A stretch of DNA of 64,000 nucleotides from Alphaproteobacteria bacterium (GTDB lineage Bacteria; Pseudomonadota; Alphaproteobacteria; CALKHQ01), in NCBI GenBank assembly GCA_050329975.1, contig JBHJOG010000207.1, forward strand, positions 7,211 through 71,210, written 5' to 3'. The notes under the pieces are model-generated. The model was not told the DNA's origin and searched no databases. It was given only the letters and a program-made list of their open reading frames with translations. The stretch's first letter is position 1, and each line of letters begins with the position of its first letter. Shown here one piece after another: positions 8,886-17,972 of the stretch. The position numbers and the translations under genes were made by a program.

Positions 8886-9323
8886 CTATTGGAACACGGC
8901 CCGGGAGACGCGATAATTGTCGGCTGGATCCATGGCGCTGGAGGAGATGTCCATTGTGTCCGTATAGAGCGTTATGGTCGTGATCCTGGGGTTCTCAGTA
9001 TAGAGTATGAGGGAGGTCTCGTCGGCGCGCGCAGACCATTGGACGGGCGCCGCGGTCGTGGGATACGGACCCTCCCAGGTGCTTGCTTCGATCTTTCGGA
9101 AGGTGCCGACCAACTGCTCGCTCGGACCCCTCACCAGATCGAAGCTTATGAGGTGAAGCCCGTCCATCTGCGTCGCGGCGACTGGTGCCGCAGCCGGCGC
9201 CGCAGCCGGCGCCGCAGCCTGCTGCGGTGGCTGATCGTTACGGTCTCCGTCGGACCGGCAGCCGGTCACGGCCAGCATCACGACAAGAATCAGGCCGGAG
9301 AACCTTGCGACAGAAGCGGTCAT
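8886..9323 (-). CDS. Lipoprotein of unknown function
   Basis: MTASVARFSGLILVVMLAVTGC has an LAVTGC lipobox. An AAGGAG Shine-Dalgarno lies 7 nt upstream. Local GC is clearly lower than in the surroundings. The 39-aa upstream extension in the track was rejected. Confidence 0.55.
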   Translation of the reverse strand: MTASVARFSGLILVVMLAVTGCRSDGDRNDQPPQQAAAPAAAPAAAPVAATQMDGLHLISFDLVRGPSEQLVGTFRKIEASTWEGPYPTTAAPVQWSARADETSLILYTENPRITTITLYTDTMDISSSAMDPADNYRVSRAVFQ

Positions 9324-9532
9324 GGGGGCGTCTCCTTCGGGATGTGCGGGGATAGGGTGAGGACGTTCGGCGACAGAAGCAACAGCGTGCAACGCAGTTG
9401 CCTCTCGGACCAGACTATGTGAGAGCTTTCCCCGGCCCAACCGAATTGACGGACTTGGACCGACATAACTCCTTTGCCGCAGGCGCGTCGCTGTTCCGAT
9501 AGCATGGCGCTGGCAACGAGTAGGAGGCTGCC

Positions 9533-10327
9533 ATGCAACTCACCGCCGACCAGCTGGAGACCTTCGACCGCGACGGCTGGCTTCTGCTCGAGGATATGTT
9601 CTCGGCGCCCGAGGTCGCGCTGCTGAAGCGCGAGGCCGCCCGGGTCTATGCCCTCGACCGCCCGGAGGTATTCCGGGAGAAGGACGGCAAGACCGCCCGG
9701 ACCGCCTTCGCCGCCCATACCTACAATGAGGCGTTCCGCCGTCTGGGCCGCCATCCGCGGCTGGTCGAGCCGGTGAAGCAACTCCTCGGCGGCGACGTCT
9801 ACATCCACCAGTACAAGCTGAACGCCAAGGCCGCTTTCGGCGGCGACGTCTGGCAATGGCACCAGGACTACGGCACCTGGGCCCGGGACGACGACATGCC
9901 CGAGGCGCGGGCCATGAACATAGCGCTGTTCCTGGATCCGGTGACCGAGTTCAACGGCCCGCTGATGTTCATCCCGGGTTCCCACAAGCAGGGCGTGATC
10001 GAGGCCGGCCACGACGTCGCCACCACCTCGTACCCGCTGTGGACGCTCGACCAGGACACCATCCGCCGGCTGGTCGCCGAGGGCGGCATCGTCGCGCCAA
10101 AGGGGGCCCCGGGGACGGTACTGATGTTCCATTCGACCCTGGTCCATGGCAGCTCCAGCAACATGTCCCCCTTCGACCGGTCGATCGTCTATCTGAGCCT
10201 GTGCCGGGTCGACAATCACATCCGGCGATTCTCGCGCCCGGAATGGATCGCCCACCGCGATTTCACGCCCATCGAATGCCTGCCGGACGATTGCCTGGCC
10301 CCGCTGCTGGGCGAGAAGGCAGCCTGA
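9533..10327 (+). CDS. Fe(II)/2-oxoglutarate-dependent dioxygenase of the phytanoyl-CoA dioxygenase (PhyH) family, ectoine-hydroxylase-like
   Basis: WQWHQDYGTWARDDDMP resembles the EctD signature F-x-W-H-S-D-F-E-T-W-H-x-E-D-G-M/L-P. A downstream ...HGSSSN... has the second His. An AGGAGG Shine-Dalgarno precedes the ATG. Confidence 0.75.
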   Translation: MQLTADQLETFDRDGWLLLEDMFSAPEVALLKREAARVYALDRPEVFREKDGKTARTAFAAHTYNEAFRRLGRHPRLVEPVKQLLGGDVYIHQYKLNAKAAFGGDVWQWHQDYGTWARDDDMPEARAMNIALFLDPVTEFNGPLMFIPGSHKQGVIEAGHDVATTSYPLWTLDQDTIRRLVAEGGIVAPKGAPGTVLMFHSTLVHGSSSNMSPFDRSIVYLSLCRVDNHIRRFSRPEWIAHRDFTPIECLPDDCLAPLLGEKAA

Positions 10328-10345
10328 TCGCAAAGGACAAGCCAC

Positions 10346-11698
10346 ATGAATTTGCACGCCCTCATGGCCGCCCGTGCCGACCGTCCCGTCCGGGTCGGGC
10401 TCATCGGTGCCGGCAAGTTCGGCGCCATGTTCCTGGCCCAGGTACCGTTCATGCCGGGCCTGCATGTGGCCGCGATCGCCGACCTGCGGCCGGACGGCGT
10501 GCGCGCGCGGCTGAAGGCGGTCGGCTGGGACGAGGCGCGCGGCCAGGCTGCGGACCTGGACGCCGCGCTGGCCACCGGCGGGACCTGGATCGGCGACGAC
10601 GCTATGGCGATGATCGCGTCCGAACCGATCGAGATCGTGATCGACGCCACCGGCGACCCAGCTTCCGGCATCGCTCACGCGCTCGCCTGCTTCGAACACG
10701 GCAAGCACCTGATCATGGTCAATGTGGAGGCGGACGCGCTGGCCGGGCCGCTGCTGGCGGAGCGGGCACGGCAGGCGGGGGTGCTCTACTCGCTCGCCTA
10801 TGGCGACCAGCCGGCGCTGATCTGCGAGCAGGTGGACTGGGCGCGGGCCTGCGGCATGCGCGTGGTGGCGGCTGGCAAGGGCACCCGCTACCGGCCGGAA
10901 TTCCACGGCTCCACCCCCGACACGGTCTGGGGCTATTACGGGCTGACGCCGGAGCAGGCCCAGGCGGCCGGCATGAACCCGAAGATGTTCAACTCCTTTC
11001 TCGACGGCACCAAGTCGGGCATCGAGATGGCGGCGGTGGCCAACGCCACCGGGCTGACCCCCAGCCCCGGCGGGCTGAAGTTCCAGCCCTGCGGTGTGCA
11101 TGACATCGCGCGGATGCTGCGGCCAGCGGAGGTGGGCGGCATCCTGCACCATGCCGGCCAGGTCGAGGTGATCTCCAGCGACGAATTCGACGGCCGCGCG
11201 GTGGTGGGCGACCTGCGCTGGGGCGTCTATGTGGTGATCGAGGGCCCAAGCGACTACGCCGCCCGCTGCTTCGGGGAGTACGGCATGATCACCGATCCGA
11301 CGGGCCGCTACACGGCGCTCTGGCGCCCCTACCACATGATCGGGCTCGAGCTCGGCGTCTCTGTCGCCAGCATCGCCGCCCGCGGCGAGGCGACGGGCGC
11401 GGCGCGGCAGTGGCTGGGCGATGTGGTGGCGACCGCCAAGCGCGACCTCGCACCGGGCGAAGAGCTGGATGGGGAGGGCGGCTACACCGTCTGGGGCCGG
11501 CTCTATCCGGCGGAGCGGTCGCTGGCCATCGGCGGCCTGCCGATCGGGCTGGCCGACAGGGCGCGGCTGCTGCATCCGGTCCAGGCCGGCCAGCCGGTCC
11601 GCTGGTCCGATGTGGCGCTGGACGCGGAGCAGCCGGCGGTCGCCCTGCGCCGCGAGATGGAGCGCGCCTACGCGCCGCAGGCGGACGCGGCGGAGTAA
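10346..11698 (+). CDS. NAD(P)-binding oxidoreductase, predicted homoserine-dehydrogenase-like (COG4091 type) with C-terminal SAF domain
   Basis: VRVGLIGAGKFGAMFL is a Rossmann GxGxxG. The C-terminal LAIGGLPIGLADRARLLHPVQAGQPVRWSDVAL is SAF-like. This is a family-level call only. Confidence 0.6.
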   Translation: MNLHALMAARADRPVRVGLIGAGKFGAMFLAQVPFMPGLHVAAIADLRPDGVRARLKAVGWDEARGQAADLDAALATGGTWIGDDAMAMIASEPIEIVIDATGDPASGIAHALACFEHGKHLIMVNVEADALAGPLLAERARQAGVLYSLAYGDQPALICEQVDWARACGMRVVAAGKGTRYRPEFHGSTPDTVWGYYGLTPEQAQAAGMNPKMFNSFLDGTKSGIEMAAVANATGLTPSPGGLKFQPCGVHDIARMLRPAEVGGILHHAGQVEVISSDEFDGRAVVGDLRWGVYVVIEGPSDYAARCFGEYGMITDPTGRYTALWRPYHMIGLELGVSVASIAARGEATGAARQWLGDVVATAKRDLAPGEELDGEGGYTVWGRLYPAERSLAIGGLPIGLADRARLLHPVQAGQPVRWSDVALDAEQPAVALRREMERAYAPQADAAE

Positions 11699-11770
11699 AG
11701 CCCCTTGACCTCAGCTTAGCTTGAGCTTGTAGCCTGCGGCCCTTCGAACCACGCAGGAGGACCGCCGACG

Positions 11771-12121
11771 ATGGGCAAGCCGCAACACGAGGCCGGGGCA
11801 GAACGCATGCCGGTCACTGTCATCAACGTATTCACGCCGAGGCCGGGAAGACTCGAGGACCTCGTCGCCGTGCAGCAGGCTGCGCTGCCGGGATTCCGCG
11901 GCCGGGTCCCGGGGTTGCTAGGCAGCCGCTTCTACCGGGCGCTGGACGGGCGGAACGCGGTGCTGGTCAGCGTGTTCGAGACGCCGGACGACTTTCAGCA
12001 GTTCCGCGGGTCCGATCTGTTCGCCGCTCATCGCGACCGGATCTCGCCCCTGCTGGAGGGAACGAACCCGGGGCTCTACGAACTGGTGTACGAGGCAGGG
12101 GAGGGTGCGGCTGCCGGCTGA
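11771..12121 (+). CDS. Antibiotic-biosynthesis-monooxygenase (ABM) domain protein
   Basis: PVTVINVFTPRPGRLEDLVAVQQAALPGFRGRVPGLLGSRFYRALDGRNAVLVSVFETPDDFQQF fits the ABM ferredoxin-like pattern. A GGAGGA Shine-Dalgarno lies 9 nt upstream. Confidence 0.6.
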   Translation: MGKPQHEAGAERMPVTVINVFTPRPGRLEDLVAVQQAALPGFRGRVPGLLGSRFYRALDGRNAVLVSVFETPDDFQQFRGSDLFAAHRDRISPLLEGTNPGLYELVYEAGEGAAAG

Positions 12122-12141
12122 GTGTCGCCTGCGGCGACTGT

Positions 12142-12687
12142 TCAGGCGACGGCGGGGGGGCGGATCGCGATCCGTTCGATCACCCCGAGGATGACGGACC
12201 GGCCGGCCCTGCGGTCGATGAACGGGCAGTCGATCGATTCGATGTCCACCAGGTCCTTCCGGTCGTTGAGGATCGTCCCGCGCACCAGATGGCAGCGGCC
12301 GGTATCGGCGACCCGCTCGTAGTGGCTGGTGAGCGCTAGGGCGCTGTCCGGGCTGCAGATCTCAGCGACCGGCCCCGTCGCCTTGCAGTGCGGGAAGACC
12401 TCGTGCATGGCCTCGCCCCGGATGGCGAACACCCAGTCGGCAGGGGCGCGACGCTTGACCAGGTAGAGGTGGGCGACAACCGTCCTGTGCTCGGTCACGT
12501 CGAAGCACGACCAGTCGGGCGGCAAGCCGCCGGCGACGGCGTTCCACCAGTCGAAGAGGTGGCGGACCTTCCGGCTGACGCAATCGAGTGCCCCGTCCAG
12601 GCGATGGACGGCCGCGCCCCTCAGCGGCGTCAGGCTGGGGCTGCCGGCATCCGGGTGGCTGCGCTCGCGGTTGAGAGGGACGTTCAT
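12142..12687 (-). CDS. Hypothetical protein, PAS-like fold suspected
   Basis: The frame has high GC3, which argues against the overlapping plus-strand ORFs. The protein has several Cys/His and an FDWWNAV...DWSCFD segment. I do not recognise a confident family. Confidence 0.4.
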   Translation of the reverse strand: MNVPLNRERSHPDAGSPSLTPLRGAAVHRLDGALDCVSRKVRHLFDWWNAVAGGLPPDWSCFDVTEHRTVVAHLYLVKRRAPADWVFAIRGEAMHEVFPHCKATGPVAEICSPDSALALTSHYERVADTGRCHLVRGTILNDRKDLVDIESIDCPFIDRRAGRSVILGVIERIAIRPPAVA

Positions 12688-12855
12688 GGAGCGACGCTAT
12701 CACGGGTGCGTTAAGGAATTCCTCGAAGCGCGCGGGCGGTTCACTGCCGACCGGGTTGCCGCGACCGGCGAATTGGTCCAGAACCCGCGGCAGGTCGCAG
12801 CAGGCCTTTCCGAGGCCGAGTCCGGCCTCCTCTTGCTCCACGGTGACGCGTTTCG

Positions 12856-13728
12856 ATGAGCCAGCAGGCAATCCTGTCCATCCAGTCCCATGTCGCCTAC
12901 GGCCATGTCGGCAATGCGGCGGCGGTGTTCCCGCTGCAGCGGCTGGGGTTCGAGGTGTGGCCGATCCACACGGTGATGTTCTCCAACCATACGGGCTATC
13001 CGACCTTCCGCGGACCGGTGTTCAGCCCCGACGACCTGGGCTCGGTGTTCCAGGGGATCTTCGAGCGCGGCGTGCTGCCCGGCTGCGCTGCCGTGCTCAG
13101 CGGCTACATGGGAACGTCGGCCCTGGGGGAGGTCATCCTGGATGCCGTCCGCCGGGTGCAGGCCGCCAACCCGCGCGCGCTCTATTGCTGCGATCCTGTG
13201 ATGGGGGATGTGGATGGCGGCCTCTACGTCCGGGAAGGCATTCCCGAGTTCATGCTCAATCATGCCGTGCCGGCGGCAACGATCGTAACGCCGAACCAGT
13301 TCGAGCTCGGGCTGCTGACCGGGCACGACACGGCCACCCTGACCCACGTCCTCGCCGCAGCGAACCTGTTGCTCGGGCTCGGCCCGCGGCTGGTGCTGGT
13401 GACGAGCCTGGTGCGCGAGGAGGCACCCGACGATTCGATCGAGATGCTGCTGGTGGCGCAGGAGGGTGCGTGGCTTCTGGGAACCCCGCGCCTGCCCCTC
13501 GCGGTCGCGCCGAACGGGTCGGGCGACGCGACCGCGGCGCTGTTCCTGGCCAACGTCTTGCGCTTCGGCGCGCCGCAGGCCGCGCTCGAGGCGACGGCGG
13601 ACGCGATCTACGCCGTCTTCGAGGCCACCGCTGCGGCAGGGACCCGCGAACTGCAACTGATCGCCGCCCAGGAGGCGATCGCAGCGTCGCGGCCGGGCGG
13701 CCGCTTCCTGGCCGAACGGGTCGGCTGA
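12856..13728 (+). CDS. pdxY: Pyridoxal/pyridoxamine kinase
   Basis: ILSIQSHVAYGHVGNAAAVFPLQRLGFEVWPIHTVMFSNHTGY matches the PdxY N-terminus closely. The downstream region has a ribokinase-like GxGD region (VAPNGSGDATAALF). Confidence 0.85.
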   Translation: MSQQAILSIQSHVAYGHVGNAAAVFPLQRLGFEVWPIHTVMFSNHTGYPTFRGPVFSPDDLGSVFQGIFERGVLPGCAAVLSGYMGTSALGEVILDAVRRVQAANPRALYCCDPVMGDVDGGLYVREGIPEFMLNHAVPAATIVTPNQFELGLLTGHDTATLTHVLAAANLLLGLGPRLVLVTSLVREEAPDDSIEMLLVAQEGAWLLGTPRLPLAVAPNGSGDATAALFLANVLRFGAPQAALEATADAIYAVFEATAAAGTRELQLIAAQEAIAASRPGGRFLAERVG

Positions 13729-13738
13729 TCGGCCGGGA

Positions 13739-14209
13739 TCAGAACAGGCCCTCGAGGTCCGCGCGCGGCTGCGAGCCGGCCCAGTTCCATGTGCCATCCC
13801 GGTTGCAGACCGTCACCACCAGTGCCTTCGGCTCAGCTGGATCCTCCAGGGTGAAGATGATCTCGCGGCAGCGGGTGACCTCGCCGAACTCACGGACAAG
13901 CTCGACGTTGCCGTACTTGCCGCCGCCTGCCCAGCCTATCACCTCGCCTGGCTTGGCATCGCCGGTGGCGCGCGCAATCGCCGCCTGCAGGGCTTCCGTC
14001 TGTTGCTGCTCGTAGACGCCCCATGCGGTAGAGGCGCTCCAGCTCGCGATCACGCCCGCCGCCAGCCCGATCAGCGGATTGCCGGTCGCCGTGCCGGCAG
14101 CGAGGCCGACCCCGAGGCCGGCGCCCTGCTGGGTCGATTCCTGGCCCAGGGAACAGGCCGACAGCAGGGCCAGAGACAGAAGCATGGAACAGGATCGCAG
14201 GCGGATCAT
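13739..14209 (-). CDS. Glycine-zipper outer-membrane lipoprotein (17-kDa surface-antigen-like)
   Basis: It has an LLSACS lipobox and a Gly-zipper segment GLGVGLAAGTATGNPLIGLAAGVIASW. The C-terminal domain has a conserved Cys pair. Confidence 0.55.
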   Translation of the reverse strand: MIRLRSCSMLLSLALLSACSLGQESTQQGAGLGVGLAAGTATGNPLIGLAAGVIASWSASTAWGVYEQQQTEALQAAIARATGDAKPGEVIGWAGGGKYGNVELVREFGEVTRCREIIFTLEDPAEPKALVVTVCNRDGTWNWAGSQPRADLEGLF

Positions 14210-14263
14210 GATCGGGTACTCGTTCTGCTTCAGGGGCGCAGGGTAGAGGTCGCCGGGGCCGGT

Positions 14264-15679
14264 TCAGTTCCCGTCGGCAGGTGGCCAGTGTCCCTCCGCC
14301 TTGGCTGCGACAGCCGCCGCAAGCGCCGTCCGCGCCCTGGCGAACACCTCTGCCCATTCCCCCGGCACCTGCTGGCGGAACAGCCGCATCGAGGGGTACC
14401 AGGGGGTCCGATCGCTGTCGACCGGGTAGATCCAGTAAGGATGGTAGGGCAGCAGGTTCCAGACCGGGCGGCCGAGAGAACCGCACAGGTGGGCAACCGA
14501 ACTGTCGGTCATGATCACCAGGTCGAGCATCTCGATCGCGGCGGCGGTCTCGGCGAAGTCGTCCACACGGGTCCCGATATCGAGAATCACAGCATCGGCG
14601 CCCGAGGCGACGAGGTCGCCCTCGCGCGGACCCTTCTGCAGGCTGTAGAGCTGGACGCCGGGCACGGTCCCGAGCGGCAGGAACTGCTCGAGGGAGACCG
14701 CCCGCTTCGCGTTGCCCTTGAAGGTGACGCTGCCGGACCAGACGATGCCGACCTTGAAGCGGTCGCCGCCCGGGGCGATCAGAGGGGCGACGCGCGCGCG
14801 CGCTGCTTCCGGCACGGTCAGCGCCACGGGGGCGCCCGGCGCCATCACGTCGGCGCCGAGGATCCGCGGCAGCGTCATCAGCGAGCAATGGGTGTCGAAG
14901 GCCTCAAACCGCTCCTCGGATGCGACCAGCCGGGAGACGCCGGGACACCCCTGGAGCAGCCGGCGCAGCGGGGGCTTGCATTCCAGGACGACGACCGCCT
15001 CCTGCTCCACCAGCTGCGGCAGGAAGCGCAGCGCCATCAGCGTGTCGCCGTAGCCCTGTTCGGGATGCAGGTAGATGGTCTTGCCCGCCAACGGCTCGCC
15101 GTTCCATTCCGGCTGGGGATAGCTGCGCGGCTTGACCTCGCCGGTCTGCCGACGGGCCTCGTAGTCGCGCCAGCCATCGCGGCTGCGTCCGAGGTGAAGC
15201 AGGATCAGGGACCGGTCCCAGCGATAGGTCGGGTTGTCGGGCTTGCGGGCGACGAGGGTGTCCAGTTGGGTCAGCGCCTCCTCGAACCGCGTCGCCTCGC
15301 GCAGGGCAACCGCGTAGTTGTGTCGGCCGCGGTCGTCGTCGGGATCGCGGGCGACCACCGCCTGCTGCAGCGCGAGCGCCTCGTCGAGACGGTCCATGTC
15401 TTTCAGCACGTTGCCGAGGTTGCCCATCGCCGCCACGTCGTCCGGCGCCAGCTCCAGCGCCCGGCGATAGCAGATCTCGGCGGCCGCAAACGCCTTCCGC
15501 TCGCGCAGCGCCACGCCGAGGTTGCACCAGATGCCGCTGTCCTGCGGCCGCACGGCGAGGTAGCGGCGGTAGAGCGGGATCGCCTGCTCGGTCCTACCGC
15601 CCTGGTGCAGCCGGATGGCGTCGGCGCGGACGGCAGCCAGGGGATCGGCCCCACCGGCAGCCGCCCCATTGTCCTTCAT
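14264..15679 (-). CDS. TPR-repeat protein fused to glycosyltransferase family 9 (heptosyltransferase-like) domain; FlmG-like candidate flagellin glycosyltransferase
   Basis: The N-terminal ~180 aa hold four or more TPR repeats (e.g. AIPLYRRYLAVRPQDSGIWCNLGVAL; AEICYRRALELAPDDVAAMGNLGNVL). The C-terminal region has GT9 motifs (KVGIVWSGSVTFKGNAKRAVS; DSSVAHLCGSLGRPVWNLL). Confidence 0.75.
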   Translation of the reverse strand: MKDNGAAAGGADPLAAVRADAIRLHQGGRTEQAIPLYRRYLAVRPQDSGIWCNLGVALRERKAFAAAEICYRRALELAPDDVAAMGNLGNVLKDMDRLDEALALQQAVVARDPDDDRGRHNYAVALREATRFEEALTQLDTLVARKPDNPTYRWDRSLILLHLGRSRDGWRDYEARRQTGEVKPRSYPQPEWNGEPLAGKTIYLHPEQGYGDTLMALRFLPQLVEQEAVVVLECKPPLRRLLQGCPGVSRLVASEERFEAFDTHCSLMTLPRILGADVMAPGAPVALTVPEAARARVAPLIAPGGDRFKVGIVWSGSVTFKGNAKRAVSLEQFLPLGTVPGVQLYSLQKGPREGDLVASGADAVILDIGTRVDDFAETAAAIEMLDLVIMTDSSVAHLCGSLGRPVWNLLPYHPYWIYPVDSDRTPWYPSMRLFRQQVPGEWAEVFARARTALAAAVAAKAEGHWPPADGN

Positions 15680-15704
15680 GGCTGTCGGGCCCTCGGGCGA
15701 AGCT

Positions 15705-16730
15705 TCAAGCGGCCGCGCGGAGGTAGTCGCGGGTCAGCAGCTCGGCGATCTGCACCGCGTTGGTCGCCGCACCCTTGCGCAGGTTGTCGGCGACGATCCA
15801 CATCGAGAGGCCGTAGGGCACGGTCGGATCCTTGCGCAGGCGGCTGACAAAGACCTTGTCTTCGCCCGCAACCTCCGCCGGCGTGACGTAGCCTTCGTCG
15901 ACCCGATGGTCGATGACGCCGGCGCCGTCGGCCTCGCGGATGGCCTCGCGCGCCGTGTCCTCGTCGATCGGGCGCGCGAATTCCACAGTTACCGCCTCGG
16001 CATGACCGACGAACACCGGAACGCGCACGCAGGTCGCCTGCACCTTGATGTCGGGGTCGAGGATCTTGCGCGTCTCGACCGCCATCTTCCACTCTTCCCT
16101 GGTCGAGCCGTCTTCCATGAAACTGTCGATGTGCGGGATCACATTGAAGGCGATCTGCTTGGTGAACAATTCCGGCTTGATCGGATCGTTGACGTAGACG
16201 CCGCGGGTCTGGGTGAACAGCTCGTCCATACCCGCCTTGCCGGCGCCGGAAACCGACTGGTAGGTGGCGACGACGATCCGGGTGATCTTGGCGAGGTCGT
16301 GCAACGGCTTCAGCGCCACCAGCATCTGGATGGTCGAGCAGTTGGGGTTGGCGATGATGCCGCGTTTGGCGTAGCCGCCGATCGCTTGCGGGTTCACTTC
16401 CGGCACGATCAGCGGCACGTCGGGGTCCATACGGAAATGGGACGTATTGTCGATCACCACTGCCCCGGCGCGCGCCGCACGCGGCGCATGCTCGGCCGAA
16501 ATCTTCGAGCCCGGGGAGAACAGGGCGATGTCGATGCCCTTGAAGTCGAAGGTCGCCAGGTCGCGTGCGGTCAGGATCTGCTCGTCCCCGAAGGAGAGCT
16601 CCGTCCCGACCGACCGGCTCGAGGCCAGCGCAACCACCTCGTCGGCGGGAAACTCGCGGTCGGCGAGCGTGTTCAGCATCTCGCGGCCCACATTGCCCGT
16701 GGCTCCGACGACTGCGACCCGATATCCCAT
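15705..16730 (-). CDS. asd: Aspartate-semialdehyde dehydrogenase
   Basis: MGYRVAVVGATGNVGREML... with the active-site region ...IIANPNCSTIQMLVALKPL. The 42-aa upstream extension in the track was rejected. Confidence 0.9.
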   Translation of the reverse strand: MGYRVAVVGATGNVGREMLNTLADREFPADEVVALASSRSVGTELSFGDEQILTARDLATFDFKGIDIALFSPGSKISAEHAPRAARAGAVVIDNTSHFRMDPDVPLIVPEVNPQAIGGYAKRGIIANPNCSTIQMLVALKPLHDLAKITRIVVATYQSVSGAGKAGMDELFTQTRGVYVNDPIKPELFTKQIAFNVIPHIDSFMEDGSTREEWKMAVETRKILDPDIKVQATCVRVPVFVGHAEAVTVEFARPIDEDTAREAIREADGAGVIDHRVDEGYVTPAEVAGEDKVFVSRLRKDPTVPYGLSMWIVADNLRKGAATNAVQIAELLTRDYLRAAA

Positions 16731-16975
16731 AGTCCTGCTCCAGTTCCGCGCCTTTCCGGCGCGCCATGACCGGCTCCGTCGCGTCGCGCCGCGTGAGGCG
16801 GAACCCTTCGCCGCTGCCGTCCGCGATGCTGGTGCGAAGCCCGCCGACGGTGGCATGATAGGCTGCGGACCGCCGGCAACGGCGTGTTAAGTAGAGGCTT
16901 TCCGCCGAAAGTTCAATGCGCCTCGTGCAGGCAGACCGCCGGGGTAGAAGCCCGGCGATACACAGGAGCAACCCG

Positions 16976-17314
16976 ATGGCGCGCCGCTGCTCATCCTATG
17001 GCGAGTTCTGGCCCGTTTACCTGCGCGAGCATTCTCGGCCGAGGACGCGCCTGATCCACTTCGTCGGCACCGGCGCCTCGCTGCTGGCCCTGATCGTCGC
17101 TCTGGCCACCCAGACCTGGTGGCTGCTGATCGTGGTGCCGATCGCCGGCTACGCACCGGCCTGGTATGCGCATTTCGTGGTCGAGCGCAACCGGCCGGCC
17201 ACGTTCACCCATCCGTTCTGGTCGCTGATCAGCGACTTCCGCATGTTCTTCCTATGGTGCGCAGGCCAGCTCGAACCGGAGCTCAGGCGCGCTGGCATCG
17301 TCAGCAATCCCTGA
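16976..17314 (+). CDS. DUF962 (Mpo1-like) membrane protein
   Basis: FWPVYLREHSRPRTRLIHFVGT is the DUF962 N-terminal signature. An AGGAG Shine-Dalgarno lies 8 nt upstream of the ATG at 16976. Two transmembrane segments are present. Confidence 0.65.
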   Translation: MARRCSSYGEFWPVYLREHSRPRTRLIHFVGTGASLLALIVALATQTWWLLIVVPIAGYAPAWYAHFVVERNRPATFTHPFWSLISDFRMFFLWCAGQLEPELRRAGIVSNP

Positions 17315-17426
17315 TTGGTCGGGGTAAGATGTCGAATATTCGTGCCTCAGCGAGGCATTTCCGGCTATCATAGCTGGGCTGACTCAGACTAATTCCACGA
17401 ACGTATCAAGTCATTGGGAGGGAAGA

Positions 17427-17912
17427 ATGAAGATTCGCACGTTGCGTGACGCGAGTACGGGGGTCCTGTTGCTTGCCGTTGCAGGCTTTGCTGCCGGCTG
17501 CCAGTCGACTCCGCCCGCCGCCGAATCCATGGCCGATGAGTCGATGGAGTCGATGGAGACGATGGCCGCGATGTCCATGGTTTCGGCGTCCGATCAGGCC
17601 GCAACCGACAGCATCGTCGTCGCCAGCGTCACTATGGAGTCCGCCGGTTTCGTCACCATCCACGCCAGCAATCCCGACGGATCGATGATCGCGCCGGACT
17701 CGATCGGCCATGTCGCGGTGCCGGCCGGCACCAGCGAGAACGTCGTGGTGCCGCTTGATACGCCGGTCGCGGCCGGTGACGTGGTCCATGTGATGCTGCA
17801 CGAGGACACCGGCGAGATCGGAGTCTATGAGTTCAGGGCGGGCGCGACCGAGTTCGACCTGCCGGTGATGATGGACGGCCAGATGGTGATGACGCCGATC
17901 ACCATCCAGTAG
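17427..17912 (+). CDS. Lipoprotein with Met-rich (MxxM / SMxSM) low-complexity segment, unknown function
   Basis: A GGGAGG Shine-Dalgarno precedes the start, and the lipobox is LAVAGFAAGC. The segment SMADESMESMETMAAMSMVSAS is followed by a beta-rich domain. The frame has high GC3. Confidence 0.65.
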   Translation: MKIRTLRDASTGVLLLAVAGFAAGCQSTPPAAESMADESMESMETMAAMSMVSASDQAATDSIVVASVTMESAGFVTIHASNPDGSMIAPDSIGHVAVPAGTSENVVVPLDTPVAAGDVVHVMLHEDTGEIGVYEFRAGATEFDLPVMMDGQMVMTPITIQ

Positions 17913-17924
17913 CACGCCAGCCTC

Positions 17925-17954
17925 CTTGCGCCCGGCTCCCGTGCCGGGCGCAAG
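17925..17954. terminator. Strong hairpin (11-bp stem CTTGCGCCCGG / CCGGGCGCAAG, 8-nt loop) between convergent lipoprotein and tctA; bidirectional terminator candidate
   Basis: The inverted repeat was read directly from the sequence. Confidence 0.5.
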
Positions 17955-17972
17955 CCACCCCTCGACAGCGCC

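Noticed and set aside
12388-12714. Plus-strand 108-aa ORF opposite the PAS-like gene
   Set aside because: The minus-strand frame has consistently G/C third positions and a plausible globular composition. The plus ORF is Arg/Gly-rich.
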